Positions 16,806 to 31,440 are shown, counted from the stretch's first letter. The stretch: DNA of 64,000 nt from Balanoglossus misakiensis (GCA_040954595.2 CM082580.2:3834783-3898782), one strand, 5' to 3'. Notes: generated by a model not told the origin, from the letters alone. Made by a program: numbers and translations.

Positions 16806-19136
16806 TCATTGATGGTGGAACAACAGCTGATGCACTTGATGCACAGGTGGGACTGCATAGTTGCTGATTACATCTTGCGTGGTGGGTGGCAGAGGGGCTA
16901 CATGCTGCAGGTGATCTTGCTGTTGCTGCTGTTGCTGCTGCGTCTGTTGTGGCTGTGTGACTGGTGGTGGTTGTCCGTGCTGGTGTGCGTGAGGCTGCTG
17001 CGGGTGTGGCTGCAGCTGGGTGGGGGACGGTTGGTGATGATGCGAGTGCGAGTGTGAGTGTAGCTGCATGGACGGCTGGCTGTAGTGGTAATCGTACATG
17101 TGCTGCTCGCTCTCGGCCGGGGGCAGAGGAGTCACCGTTGACGTTGACGTGATGGGCTGCGACATACCCGCCAGTCGCGGCGGGATGTCCAACAGGACTA
17201 GTTTCATATCAGTGGTAGTTGCACCCACTGCACCCTGGCTGGTGAACCGTCCACGCTTTCTGACGACCTTCTTGTTCGGGTTTCCCCTGATGCCGTGCTC
17301 TCTCTTTCGGTGCTTGTACATGTTGCTAGGCGTGGACGTCACGTAGTTACACAGCTCGCACTGCAGAGGTTTTTCGCCCGTGTGAACTCGTCTGTGGTAG
17401 ACGAGCGACGCCGACTTCCTGAACAGAATGCCGCAGTAGTCGCACTTGAAGGGTTTGTACTCGGGGTGTGTTTTCAGATGCGCCTTCATCTTGTACTCGG
17501 TGATGAAGGCGCCGGGACATATCGGACACATGTAGGGGGTGATTCTCTGGGAGTGTTTATTCCGCCGGTGAGACTCCAACTCCTGCTTGCTGTAGAAGCC
17601 CTTGCCACAGTGGTCGCACAGCAGCGACTTCATCTTGATGTGCTTGCGCGCCCGGTGACTCTCCAGCATGTCCTTGCGCACGCACGTGTAGTCGCAGTGC
17701 TCGCACTCGTACAAGTTCTCCGTCTTGTGGATCCTGCGGTGCATCCGCAGATTGATGTCCCTGCGGAACGCCTTGCCGCACTCCTCGCACAGGAAGTTGG
17801 TCTCCGTGGTGTGTCTGCCTTTGTGTTTCTCCAGGTTGCCCTTTTCCGAGAAGCGCATCCCGCACTCTTCGCACGAGAACGGTTTCTCGCCCGTGTGCTT
17901 CCTGACGTGTCGGAGGAGTTTAGTTCTGTTGATTGCAACGTACTTACAAATCTCACAGACGTATGTCTTCTTCGGTCTGTCTCCAACCGGTGGCTTTTCC
18001 ACCTTGTGTTGCGCGGCTTTGTGTTCTTTCAGTCGATACTTAAATTTGCACGAAAATTCACACTCACTGCACTTGTACCTATCGCTGGGGATGTTCTGTT
18101 TCTTGGTAGCTTGCTGCTGAATTTTGCTTTTGGAGACAACACTGCCTTTCCCAGTCCGGTGTCCCTTCTGGTGTTGGGTTAACCTATACTTGTATTTGAA
18201 ACTGAGATGACAGGTCTTGCATTCGTATTTCTGCTTGCTCAGGTACTTGGCTTTGCTTTGGTTTTCCTGCACTTTGGAGCTGTTGTTGGCCTCAGTGTCC
18301 ACGCTCTGGCCTTCGGTAAACAGTTGGATGATGATCTGTTCATCTCTGCTTCTCGTTATCACCGGGTGTTGTCTCGTACTGCCGCTGTCGACGCGTCTTC
18401 CGGGGTCGTAGTCTTCATCGAAGGACGGACTATCGACCGCCCCGGAGTCCTTCATGTCGCCTTCAAGTTCCCATTCCTCATTTGTCATCTCCTCAGATTC
18501 TTTGATCGCCTTCTTGGGGATGGGTGGCTTCCTCCGAGCTTTCTTCTGCAGCTCTTCGGAGCCACCAGCCGAGTTGCAGACGCTGCCATCGGTCTCTTCT
18601 ATCAAGGCCTGATTACCCTGGCCTGTCATATCACCCGATGATTTCACGTCTCTTTCAACTGTAGCACATCCGCCAGTTTCAGCAATACTGGGATTCTTAT
18701 TGTCGTCTTTCTCACTTTGATCGCTGGACTCATCTTCACTGCTATCTCTTTCCTCCTCTTCTTCTTCATCATCATCTTCTTCCTCCTCCTCCTCATCATC
18801 ATCATCATTATCTTCACTGCCGTTATCCATTTCAGAATCCGAGCTATCACTTTTACTTGTTTTACCATTGTTCTGTTGTTGCTTACTTTCCACTTCCAGA
18901 GCAGACTCTTGTTCTCCGTTCTCTGTTTTTGGAATCTTCACATTCTCAAGTAGAGTTAAACTCTTACATTCTGTCGTTTCCGTCTCCCCACTGCCTGTTC
19001 CAGGCTGTTGCATACCCTCGCTCCCTTCAGTCTTCTGTTTGTGACTGTTGACATGTTCCTTGATTTCCAGTATATCCTTGGTTGCAAAACTACACCAGTC
19101 ACACTTGAAACTAAAGCTGAAATCACCGGTATCCAT
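16806..19136 (-). CDS. C2H2 zinc-finger transcription factor (one N-terminal finger, acidic tract, ~10-finger array, Gln/His/Pro-rich tail)
   Basis: Single large coding exon with CxxC..HxxxH repeats and HTGEKP linkers; acceptor at 19152-19153; ATG at 19136 (MDTGDF); likely 5'UTR exon with donor near 20328. Confidence 0.92.
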   Translation of the reverse strand: MDTGDFSFSFKCDWCSFATKDILEIKEHVNSHKQKTEGSEGMQQPGTGSGETETTECKSLTLLENVKIPKTENGEQESALEVESKQQQNNGKTSKSDSSDSEMDNGSEDNDDDDEEEEEEDDDEEEEEERDSSEDESSDQSEKDDNKNPSIAETGGCATVERDVKSSGDMTGQGNQALIEETDGSVCNSAGGSEELQKKARRKPPIPKKAIKESEEMTNEEWELEGDMKDSGAVDSPSFDEDYDPGRRVDSGSTRQHPVITRSRDEQIIIQLFTEGQSVDTEANNSSKVQENQSKAKYLSKQKYECKTCHLSFKYKYRLTQHQKGHRTGKGSVVSKSKIQQQATKKQNIPSDRYKCSECEFSCKFKYRLKEHKAAQHKVEKPPVGDRPKKTYVCEICKYVAINRTKLLRHVRKHTGEKPFSCEECGMRFSEKGNLEKHKGRHTTETNFLCEECGKAFRRDINLRMHRRIHKTENLYECEHCDYTCVRKDMLESHRARKHIKMKSLLCDHCGKGFYSKQELESHRRNKHSQRITPYMCPICPGAFITEYKMKAHLKTHPEYKPFKCDYCGILFRKSASLVYHRRVHTGEKPLQCELCNYVTSTPSNMYKHRKREHGIRGNPNKKVVRKRGRFTSQGAVGATTTDMKLVLLDIPPRLAGMSQPITSTSTVTPLPPAESEQHMYDYHYSQPSMQLHSHSHSHHHQPSPTQLQPHPQQPHAHQHGQPPPVTQPQQTQQQQQQQQDHLQHVAPLPPTTQDVISNYAVPPVHQVHQLLFHHQ

Positions 19137-20754
19137 GGTGATGGTGGGTGTCTGTAGAAGAAAATAAAAATTCATGTATGGTAAGTGACTGGCTGGTCAT
19201 AATACATTAGATTTATCATCAAACTCGGCCATCGATGATATGTGCAGCCCGAAAAGAACTTTTTGATCTACCATTAGCCAATGCAGATGTAGGCACTGAA
19301 CTATATACAAGTACTACAAACCCTAAATATGAGTGCTTATAAATGAAAGTTTTAACCGGATAAATAATGAGGAATATGGCCGCCACCGTGGAAAAATTAA
19401 AGAAACAATGAAAATGTTGCATTTCCGACTATGAAACTTCATAAACAAACATGATCTCATCCACTAAAACTCATGGAAGTACATGTACTCCACTGAGACA
19501 TTACATTTTAATTTTTCATTGCAATATTGCACTTTTTAAAAATTGCAGGAATTTTCGATTTTCTTCAATTTTTGGCCATTTAAAAAAAAAAAGTGTTGAT
19601 CTTGACATACTATCATGAAATATGATTTAATAGACAAAATTAAAAGCATATATGGGATTATTTAAAACTTAATTTTTTATCCAGTTGCAGCTCACGTGCC
19701 TTTAATAAATTGGCAAACTGAAAAGGGTAGGGATTTAATAATTTTATTTTGAGAGGTACAATTCCTGATTTTTCAGTGTGATTTTGAAAAGGGGAAGTCG
19801 TCATATTTCCAGGGGAAAAATCTAATCATGAAGTTTTTCAACAGAGCTGAAGTGGAAGTCTCAACCGAGGAATTGAAGTAAAAAAAAACTTGCACTACCG
19901 ATGTCTGCAGTTTTATCCAGGGTTCAAAGAAACGAGACATGCAATGCATAGAGCAAGCTCTTAATTAGCATATGAATGGCCAGGCCACGTCAGCTACATG
20001 TACGCCCTACCTTTACTTCTACAATTTTGAAAACGCGACAAATTTACTCTTCCGTAACATTTATCGTGTGTTTTGAGTTTCCTTTGCGAGACATAGTGAC
20101 ATCGGTACATAATGAAATCAAATTATCGAAGAACACGACGTATGAAATGCGAAAACAAGGAAAATTGACAAGCAAATCATGGCGTCCATTTTTCTACCAG
20201 CAGTTTCCATTCAACATATAACTGGGTCAGGTTAGCCGCTAGTGTTCGAGTTTCTTGCCATTCTGCACTTTGATCGGGCACCAGCTTTGCGCATATTAGG
20301 TCGAATAGAATAATTAATTGCATCTTACCTGGTAAAAATGACCAAAACTGGCTAATTTTCGATTTGCATTTCAGCGAAACATAAAATTCAGCTCTGCGAA
20401 CCAAACCTAAATTGATATCACTGTCATCATCTCCCGTCTTTGCCCGTTGAGGGCGCACGAAGAGTGATAGGATTGCTAGCATATGGGGACGGGGGAGGGG
20501 TTCTATATGGGAACCAGTGGGGTATTACTAAAAGTGGGGAGGATATAGATGGAAACACACATGTATAAAATAATTTGTACTTTAATACTTCACTCTGGAA
20601 ATGTGTCCACTACTTGATTGGCATGCATAATACGTCAATTTGTGGTTTCAAGTTGTCCATGCACTGTCTCGCTGAAAACTGAATGATTTTAACAGAATAC
20701 ACTCAGTTTGAAGACCTTAAAGCTTCTTTGTATGCACTGAAGAACTGTAAGTTT

Positions 20755-20792
<38 letters not shown>

Positions 20793-22638
20793 TTATTGCC
20801 AGTAACGTTTAAAAAGACACATATATGTATCTGGCACTACTATTGACACAAACATTTCAAAGGAAACTTTTTATTCAAGTATAAAGTATTTTATCATCAA
20901 AGTAGATTACAGGTCTTAAAATAATTTTAAGAAGGAAAATCAGAAGGAAAATTAAACTTGACACAATGATGAACTCAAAATCATTGAAATTCTGTGTAAT
21001 AAATCATGTACATTTCACTTGAAACAATCATGACAGTCAGTGGCCAAGTATTTGTCAGACGTCATTTATAACTGTCTGTATATACATACAACTGTATAGC
21101 GCACAATCAAAGAGCAGTACATGTATGTGTGTTACAGAAGATGCTAATCAGTCTTTCAATACACTTTAACCATAGACTGATCTGCAAACTTTAAGATGTC
21201 TTAACTGTGTTTTCAATTTTACAATGCTCCTCATTGTCCTGTTTGGATTTTATTTTACTTCCACAATGAAAGAGCTCAAACTAAAAGAGGCACGTCTTGC
21301 AATTTATAGGAATGTATGATTGCATTCAATTGAGTAATTGAGGTACATGCAGCACCTCTTTTCAGCCAAACTTGGAAGATTGCATCTGATTACATGGGTA
21401 GTATTGTAATTCAATACTTAGCATTCACATGTGGGTTTTTTTGTACACAAGGTACATTTTTCAAAACCAGTTCACAAATTCTGCAGCTGGTGGTATTCAT
21501 CAATTTCTGCAGACCTAACCATTGTCAACATGCTTACATCAGTGATGTCAATATGTTTTGTGATGTGATCATGCAGTGAACTACACTTCAAAAATCAAGT
21601 GACTGCAGGGGAAGTCAATTGCTCTGCGTCCATATCAAATTTAAATTTCACAAAACACAATAAAATAAAACACATATAAATATTATTTAAACAGCTTATA
21701 AACATAAGGGATCACAACACTGACTTGCACAACAGCTAATACACAGCAAATTATTTTGAGATGCTTGTGACATTAAGACACAGACCTCTTTGATATGAAA
21801 ATCTTGTCATATAAATGTATAATTACCACCAATTATTTCACATTCACTGACAAAATAAAATAGATGCCCGGCTTTCTGTTTTGCAAAATTTCAAGTTACC
21901 CTGAAATGTTTTGTCAAAGATTTAAGTAAGAAGTCCCTGTGTTAAAAAAACAAAGAGTAAAAGTACATACAATCACAGTACTTGACAGATTTGGTAATTA
22001 ACAAATGAATATGATAGAGACTTGGATGTAACTAAACTGAACTCATATGTCCATTTGCAAGACCCTTATGCAACCTTATAATTCGATATCAAATGACGTC
22101 AGACGTGCTCAGACGGCAGTTACGTTGGCATTCAAATTTCCAGATGACGGGCAACTTCAGCAACGTGGTGCAGACAAAGACATTGCAGACGAAACGCCAT
22201 GAGGCTGATAAGGCAACATACCTGATACATGTTACGTGTCTTGCGGTTCTAAAGTAAAAACATACTTGGAAAAAACTTTTACTGGATGCCAAAATATTGC
22301 TTGCCCGTCACCTGGAAATGATGACAACACCATGGGTCACATGGCCAAATCACATGATTGATAGTAAAGAATTTTCATTGCTGTCACCTGTTTGATATCA
22401 AACTCTGCTATTCCACTTATACATATAAGTATGGCAAGTGTGACATTATCCAAAGTAAAGAATTAAATGCGAAAAGGCCACACAGTAACAAAAATACCAG
22501 CAAGTTAGGTTTCAGAGGGGTTATGAAAATGGTCGATAGGAGATATTATGAAATCAAAGTGACATAGATATTAAAATATTCCATTCAACTACCTTACCAG
22601 GAAGGATTCATTAAAACTGGTCTTATGCAACATTAAAA

Positions 22639-25600
22639 TTACTTTTTTCTCTTGTAGATTCTCTTTGCAAAATTAATAAAGAGGTCACATGGAAGTTTTC
22701 CATGACATTTCTCTACAAGTTTCATCAGGTCGTTATAACTCTGCTCTTCATAGTCATAGAATGCTTCTTTTAATTTCAAGTCATCATACAGTTTCTTTAT
22801 AATTGTGACTTTTTCTGGATCATTGATACCATAGTTGTCCTGAAACGAAAAAAAGGACAAGACATTAAGTTATTGACTAGTTTTGCACACCGTACAATTA
22901 GGCCCCATGACTTTTGTTCCATCAGTTTCAAGAGCTCAATTTTTTTGTGGTTGAATTACACAAGAAAATGGTCTCCAGAAATATTGCTGTCTTCTCCCAA
23001 AACCACCCACAGCTATACCAATACATGTGAACCACATCTATACTAATAGTGGAGGATTTTCACAAACCAAAGATAAACACAAATGTGTCGTCATAGAATT
23101 ACAATACAATCAAACTTGTGTGATAGATGCATTTTGGTCAAGTAGACATATTATCGATCCGCCCTACAAACAATACCTTTACAGTCACCTAATCATCTCT
23201 TTCACTCCATCTCACTGATATTGGTTTGAACCACACAGTTGACTGGTCAACCCATTTTCTGATGGAGGTAGGACCACACTGCCACCCTAGGACCATACTC
23301 AGTGTACTGCTTTTAAAATCATAATCTCAAATTGGAATAGTGTTGTTTCGTTTTGACACTTTTGTTGTTGACAACCCCAAGAAGTTCCACATGATTGCAA
23401 TATTCTAGAATATTCTGAATAGAATCAACACTGACCTCTATGATTTTCTTCTGTTCTGGTGTTGCAATTTTCAGGGCCTGTACAACCATCCAACTACATT
23501 TGTTGTCCTCAATGTCCGTTCCTATCTTACCGGTAATCTTCGGATCACCATAGCAATCCAGGAAATCATCCTAAAATTGACAAAACAGACAGGATTTGGT
23601 AAATAATAAGATTTTTCATACAAGTATTTACAACCTGCCAATAAGTAACATGGAAATTTCACATGTTGTGGTTTGTTTAGATTTAAAAATTCTTTAGACT
23701 GTTAAATTCAAAGATAAAGTCAACCTAGATATTTTTTTTTTTTCGTTTTATTGTTAGTGTCATTAACCGATCAGATCTCTACTGGTCACATATTGCTTAT
23801 CATTTCATAATACATGATAAATACTGATATAAATTGAACTTTATACCTGTATTTGGAAATATCTGCCCATATCAAGAAGGATCTGTTTTGCACTAGCGTG
23901 CGATTCCTCATCATCTATACCACCCTGAAATTAAACAAGAAGTGATTTTAACAAACTAGGAGTAATCAAGAACTATTCAACAGTGTTTAGTGTTAGTCCT
24001 TGTATTTTGCAGCACTTTATTTCACAAGTACCAATATCCAATACTAAGTGTTGGTTTTCCTAAAGAGACACACACTGTATTTTACATCCACTTACATGAG
24101 GAGTTTCTGCAGATTTACATGATATATATCCATTTGAATCTGGAAGTGCGGTATTTAAATGATAGCTATTGCATCAGAATGTGTACAACAACCACAAACG
24201 CTGGTTAAAATACGAAATATGAATTTCTTGGATGTGCACTAGATGATAGGGAATGAGTAAGTCTCATTCAAACTTTGAGTCTACAAAACTTACCATGTAC
24301 ATTGCCAGGGCTACTGGCAAGTAGAAGGAGTAGAACGCTGTCTTCCATTTCACTATGGCATCATATCTGAAAAATATCATCATTAACATTCACTTTTTGC
24401 TGGACATTCATGTAGATGATGGAAATCATTCCAGACACATGAGACAAAATAGCTCTCTGGGTACCTTCATTGTCTGTATGTGACAAGAGCTTTAGGGTGA
24501 AGATTGGGGGGGGGGGGGGGGGGAACCTCTCAAATTAAGAAGTTAACACTATTACCGCGTGTGAGGTCACCGGGGAGCTTTCCAAAGCGGCCGCGTGGAG
24601 CTGCTTCAGTCCGTCCTCGACGCGAAACACCCAACATTGGAAGATCCCGACTTGGACTCGGAGAGTGAACCACTCAAAAATTTGCATAAAAGTCGAGGTG
24701 GCCATCCCTCATTTGCATAAATCTCGAGGCCATATCCGGGCTAAAGCCCCCCCCTGTTTTTTCGCTAATCTGTTGGCCCAGCACCCGGGGCTCTTACCCG
24801 GGCAACTACGGTAACATCACTGACTCTCCACGAAAAGAAAATCTGGATCTTACCTAATTTGTGTAAATCTCGTCAAATCTCTACAGCCTTCTGGCGCTGT
24901 GATTAGATCTAATGATTGCCCAACAATGGTCTGGTACGTGGTCTGAAAAAGAGCCAGTCCTTTATTGAGACAGAATTCAATCAAAATCGCTTTGGTCTAC
25001 ACCCCATGTTTACTGTAAACACTCCAAGCCGAGAGAAACCATGGTTACACCACAATGACAGACTACAAAGATATTGCATCATTTGAATAACACAGATCCA
25101 TGTATGGCAAACATAATTTTGGACAGGTTCAGAATTTTAATGAAAAAGACTGATCACAAATTTTGAATCCCTTCAAGCTATAACAATTTTGTATTTTTTT
25201 TGTGAAATTATGCGATAATTTGAGAATGTCCACCACAACCAGACACAGATAAGACAAGACTTTGTCTTACTTGCTTAACATTCCCACCTATCTGCCAAAT
25301 TAAATACAAAAATCTGACCCAAATCTTTGCATGGAATTTCTGTCATTGTGCTGGGGTGATATCCTTCTGCAATTATTCCATATTTGGTTATGTTAATGAT
25401 GCAACCTTTGAGCCTTGTGGAGTGGTGTGATCCACTTTTTGCTTTGAACAATAGTACACATGACATGCAAGGGCCGAGTGATGAAATAATGACTGCCCTA
25501 GTATCCTCTGTCCGTTTCTTTGGATTCACAATCTGGACCTGGTCGAGTCAGGAGATAGTGAGAAGATAAATGAATCTTTTGTTCACGTTCACATTTATTG

Positions 25601-28600
25601 TAGATGATGTACCCTAATGGCAACAGGGCTGCTACCAATAATTTGCATCAATTCTTCAAGATTGCCTTTCCTCTTGTTATCAGTAAAAAATTTTGAACTC
25701 TGACTTCAAATATTTCATCTTACGTTTGCAGTGATCTGTGCTAGTCAAACTAAATGTTCTGACAAACTCTATGAGATGATGTTTTGACAATTTCATCTCT
25801 TGCTTTGCCACCAATCAGATTTTTCATTGTATCGTCAATCCACACGCCTAAAATGCATTTTAGTATCATCCCTTTGAATCACCTGGTTGACTACATTGAG
25901 CTGCCATTGTCAAATGATGCTGAAATTTTGGTGAGGTCATATAGTCTAGGTCAAATGTTCATGTAAGGGTCAAGGGTCGGACAACACGTGTCCACTATGT
26001 GATGTCTGTCTGAATCAGAATCTTATTCACACATGATGACCACTCCCTAATTGATCGATTGGACATACCACGGTAAATTGTTCAGACAGTCATCGGACAA
26101 TTTGGTTTAATGAAAATACCACTGATGTCATGGTCACATTTGATATTTCTACAAACTCAATGTATCAGTACTAGAAACACTTTCACCATTCAAAAGAGTT
26201 AATTCATCTGATGAATAGTCTAGAAGCCTTTGAAGCAAACATCAGAATATATCACGACAAATTGTGTAAACATGATTGTTTTTCAGACTCACACAGTCTT
26301 GACGTCATCCCGCTATCAATTTGATCTGAAGTCAGATAAGAAAGACAACAGCCTCTATAGCCAAATACTTCACCTGTACTGGAGGGTACATTGACCGCAC
26401 AAAGGTTATATGACCACTGATACAGTTTATGAGACTTTAAGTACTGTAAAACAGGTTATTTTCAGGAGCCATAAATTGTTGCGAAATGCGTGAGAGCTAA
26501 AAAAAACATGAAAATAAAAAGTCGCGTAAAACGTTTTTCGGATATAACTATCCAGTAAGAAATAAGAGAACACGAAAATTCATCCTCACGTAACTGTTTC
26601 CTCCTTTGATTTTGTGAAAATTTCCTGTAGCAAAAATAACCTGATTTACAGTATTTCTCCAGATCTGTGTCGTACGCAAAATGTCTGAATTTTCTTTTAC
26701 AAACTTACATATGATGTAACTGAGAAAAATGATCATAAAATGTTAGTAAACAGAGTTTTCTTGCAAGAGAGAAACTCACCTCATGAAAGAGCTCTACTAC
26801 ATTGAGATAATAGGGTTTGTCTCGGATGACCTTCTTGAGTAGACTGTAAATACACGACTCGATGTAAAATGAGTCATTGACAGCAATGTGGCCCACTCCT
26901 TCCTGAAAACAAACACCGTGTAAACAAGGTTAGATGAGCTGTAAGAAGATGTGTGTGTATGTATTTGGTTGGGTTATGTTGGATTGTGCTGTGTTGTGTT
27001 GAAATGTGCTGTTCTGTGTTGTTGTGCTGTTCTGTCTTGTGTTGTGTTGTGCTGCGTTATGTTATGCTGTGTTGTGCTGTGCTGTGCTGTTGTGTTGTGA
27101 TGTGTTGTGTTGTATTGTGTGTTTGTGTGTATCAATAGAGGAAATCAACCTATGGCTTAAACAATGACAGAGTGTTTTTCACAAGTAGAAAATTTCTTGC
27201 TGATGGCCATTACCGTACTAACAGCCCTATCAGGTTGATGACATCAAACAAACAAACAACTAAACCAACAAAGCAAAAATCCTTCTCATTATCCAAAACA
27301 GTTGTTTTTTGTTTTTGTATGTACCTTCCTATACCAACATGGCTGGCCTCTTCTTGTAACTGACTGATCCATGATATCATCAGCAACTAGAAAGAAAGCC
27401 TGCAGCTGTAGACAGAAACAAAAAGAAGGACTCAATTTGCAGGGCTTTATTTAGTTTGGAAGATGCTGAGCAAAGGAAATAAAATAAAACACAATTTCGT
27501 TCAACAAATTGATCATAGCATAATGCTGTGTTTGCTACATGTGACATACGTTGTCCCGACATTACTCGACTAAACATGTTTACACTCATGTTTATTTTAC
27601 ACAAGGCCAAAATCTAAGGCCAACTGCGTTCAACAATACAATACACGTAAACAGTATGTAATGTAAATATTGATTGCGCCACATACATTTTTAGGGCCCA
27701 AGCGCATAGCAGCGCTTGGGCCCTATTGGTTTCGTTGGGGTTTTTCTTTCTTTCTTTCTTTCTTTCTTTATTCTTGGTTCACTTCTTTGTCGCTCTAGAT
27801 CTCAGACACCACTGCAGGTACAGTTTTCAAACTTGCTACAGTGGTCAAGGTCAATGAGTAGTCGTGCATTGAACCCTTGAATTTTTAATTAGTCACGTGA
27901 CCTGGCGGCCATATTGGATTTTCTGAAAAAATGCAAATCTCAGATCTCAGAAACTACAAGTCAGATCGACTTCAAATTTGGTGTGCAGGTAGTCTACCTT
28001 CTACCCATCATTTTTGTAATTGGATATTTTGCTGTAAATGTTGCAGTTTTTTTGCTACAATTTTTTTTCTGAAATCTGGCTTAAATTTCAAAAATCTTCT
28101 TCTCCAGAACCGGTGATAACCGAGTGACGCGGTTTGGGGTATGTGGTCACCTAACTGATGTCTATCAAGTTTGATAAGAAGCATTGTGATTGGTCGAAGA
28201 TTATGGCGGCCATATTGGATTTTCGAAAAACCATAGTAAAACTGCAAAAATCTTCTTCTCCAGAACGGGCGATAACTGAGTCGCAAGATTCGGGGAGTAT
28301 GGTCACAACACTGATGTCTATCAAGTCTGCAAAGAACATTGTGATTGGTCGAAGATTATGGCGGCCATATTGGATTTTGTAAAAAGCAGTGAAAAATTGA
28401 AATTCCTTTTCCATGTCTAAAAATTGATAGCATCTAAATTCTGTTCATGGATATCAATCGTCATGTGACTAAAATATGTTACAAATTTTTGGCGATTTTT
28501 CACATGACCTTTGACCTACTTATCACGCGTTATTATTTCTGCATATCTAATTCCAGGCTAACCTATAGGGCTAGACTTTTGGTTTTTGATGCATGTGGAT

Positions 28601-31302
28601 TAGTGTGTGATCAAAATATTTTGCTACTTTTCATGACCCCTTTGACCTCTGCTGACCTCATTAATTATGTGCATAGCTAATTACAGGCGAACCAATAGAG
28701 CTAGAGGTTTGGTTTTTGTTGGACATGGACCAGTATGGGATCAAAAATTTTTGCCCAAATGTTGGGTGACCTCTGGTGACCTTTGACCTACTTTCGCATA
28801 TCTCAGCATCCAGAGCAGATACAGCCATGGCATTTGGTAGGATGGGACCAAAATGTAAAGCCACATTTTTGGGTCACCTGTTACACCTGCTGACCTCATT
28901 AATTATGTGCATAGCTAATCACAGGCGAACCAATAGAGCTAGTGGGTCGGTGTTTGTTGGACATGGACCAGTATGGGGTCAAAAAATTTTGCCCAAATGT
29001 TGGATGACCTCTGGTGACCTTTAACCTACTTTCGCATATCTCAGCATCCAGAGCAGATACTGCCATGGCATTTGGCAGGATGGGACCAAAATGTAAAGCC
29101 ACATTTTTGGGTCACCTGTGACACCTGTTGACCTCATTAAATATGCACATACCTAATTACAGACGAACCAATAGAGCTAGAGTTTTGGTTTTTGTTGGAC
29201 ATGGACGAGTATGGGTCAAAAAATTTTTCCCAAATGTTAGGTGACCTCAGGTGACCTTTGACCTACTTCACCCTATTTCAGCAGCAAAAATACACACATC
29301 CTTGTTATGTCATGAGATAATACATCCGATAGAAAATTCTGTTTCTTCTCATTCAAACTGTGCATATATAATTCATGATCAGCGCTTGGGCCCAACAATG
29401 CTGCTCGCAGCTTTAATTACTTTTATTATTAATGTACATACAATGTTTGCGTCACAATCTGCTTCAGTTTGTCGCCGGTGTCTATACAACGGAGCAAACC
29501 AATGTTACTGAAAAGGTTGATTGATTTTTTTTCACTGATTCTCAGGCAAATACAAATTGATTGATTTTTTTCACTGATTCTTAAGGCAAATACAAAAAGC
29601 AATTCAAGTATTTATTACATACCCACTCGACACACCATCCTAGGGCCATTGCACACTTCAATTCCTCATGGCTAATATCTTCTTTGCCAACAATTGATCT
29701 GTACGCTGATACAACTGTAAGGCCGCGATTTTTCTTCCCACCAGGAACATTGTATTCAATCACCTGAAACGACAAAGCCTTGTATTGGTACAACAAAGAT
29801 ACAGAAGAACTACAAAATTTAAGTCTGTCAATTAATATAACCAATTCAGGAGCAGGGAATGGATGCAAGATTTCGTTAAGATTAGATCACATGTGAATAG
29901 AGTATTATTGTTTGTAACCCTGGTATTTCTATCATTGCTTTGACAATGTACTGTACCATTTCTCAGTCAGCATTACTACATGTAAATAAAATATTGGAAT
30001 ATAATACAAACAGCTACTAAACAATACAATTGCAAAATGTCAAATTTTGAGCTGCCTTTCTTCGATGTCTAATACACAAGCTTTAAAACTTATGCAAGAT
30101 CAATGTCTTTCAGTACAATCATGTAATTGCAAAGTCAATATCTGTAGCAATTGCAGGTTTGTAAACTGCCATATTAGGGGCTAAGGATGTTAGAGTCAAC
30201 AAATCCAGCGGTTAGAACAGAACAGCAAGTACACAAAGACACATCATACCTCTTTGAACCTCTGCATAGCATCGCCAATTTCAGGATTTGTCAGGTCTGG
30301 CTGGATTAAGTCAGCCACCAGATCCTTGAAGAGCTGATCAAATTGTTTGGTGTCATATTCTTGCTTCTGTTTCTTCACCTGTGGCTCAGCCATACTGATA
30401 TGTTGTCCTCCTGTGTGCAAACAGAATGTGACACACTAAGCCCACCTTTGCAGTTGACACTGACTGCTGTCTTTAGTAGCCAACAGTTGCCAAAAATCTT
30501 GTTTTGGTTCTTGGTTGTTTTGGCTGCTAGTAATCAATTCAGTATCACATGATTCTTTGAAAGCAGAATGGTTCATGTCTAGTCTTATGATCCTGTTCTA
30601 AATATACAGGTAGCAAGAATTTCATGGATCTATATATATCAGTGCAAAAATAGACATGACAATTATGAGTTTGTGCATGTCCCATTTGAAGAACTGCTTT
30701 GTTCACTGATATCACAGCAGTTCAACCTGCAAGATTTTTACCTTCACTCATACAAAATAACAATTGTACATATAACAAAACATTGCATGTCTCCTTAGTA
30801 CATGTAGCTGCAATAATTTTAGTCCAGGCTACAATTACTGCAGTGCAGCAAATGTCTATTATACTGACACACTTCTATGTTGCAAATCTGCATGTTTGGA
30901 ATGAGGGAAGGTTTATACAATTATACAATGACTCAGAGTACATAGCTGATAGGAATGTACATTGTAGTTGAAAGTCCAAAACTGTTATTTCCGTTATGAT
31001 GGGCATTCCAAGAGCAAGATGACATTGTAAATGATGTTCTGCATAGGAGTTATGTGTCATGAATATGCAGCATCTCGTTAGAGGAGAATATTAACTATAT
31101 TCATGATCTGAAGGGTCATCACATTCATGTACATCTAACACATCAAGGAATATAAAGTTGTAGCAGAAGCCTGCGTACTATTCACCCCAGGTGGCGTACA
31201 TGGTAATCGTAACGTATGGAGCGCACCGGGTAACCCCGGTTTGTGAAGGTTAAACTACGGAATACAAGTAAGAAATTGTTTACCTGTCTTCTGAAATGGC
31301 AT
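22639..31302 (-). CDS. FDPS: Farnesyl diphosphate synthase
   Basis: Exons 31302-31284 (alternative start at ATG 30393), 30410-30250, 29763-29623, 27405-27325, 26902-26780, 24942-24854, 24366-24294, 23924-23847, 23570-23436, 22839-22639. Motifs [28 protein letters not shown] (FARM with FF, C15 type), [39 protein letters not shown]-terminal KRKK. Confidence 0.96.
26442..26653. mobile_element. MITE family A, copy 3 (FDPS intron)
   Basis: tactgtaaaacaggttatttt ... aaaataacctgatttacagta; internally similar to the 11409 copy. Confidence 0.75.
26950..27130. repeat. Degenerate (TGTGT/TGTGC)n microsatellite
   Basis: Directly visible. Confidence 0.85.
27690..29414 (+). mobile_element. Helentron-associated non-autonomous element (HINE/DINE-1/pearl-like) with internal tandem repeats
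   Basis: T-run, 5' hairpin agggcccaagcgc/gcgcttgggccct, (TTTC)n, ~140-bp and 238-bp tandem units (28661/28899/29137), 3' subTIR gcgcttgggccc (29382), terminal hairpin gctgc-tc-gcagc followed by TTT. Confidence 0.75.
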
Positions 31303-31359
31303 GTCGGCAGTCTCCAATATTACGATATAATTTCCAGAAACATTGAAAAAAAAGTAAAT

Positions 31360-31440
31360 CTACCGCAATGACGTAAGTCGACTGTGATTGGTCGTGTTCA
31401 GTTGTCAGACACATCGTGCGATTTCAAACAACCAATACAC
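31360..31440 (-). promoter_or_regulatory. Putative FDPS proximal promoter (two CCAAT boxes, CRE-like TGACGTAA)
   Basis: tgacgtaa ~31368, attgg ~31387 and ccaat ~31432, immediately upstream of the first FDPS exon. Confidence 0.4.

Noticed and set aside
17295-18182. 295-aa plus-strand ORF
   Set aside because: Antisense shadow of the GC-rich zinc-finger exon; no motifs.
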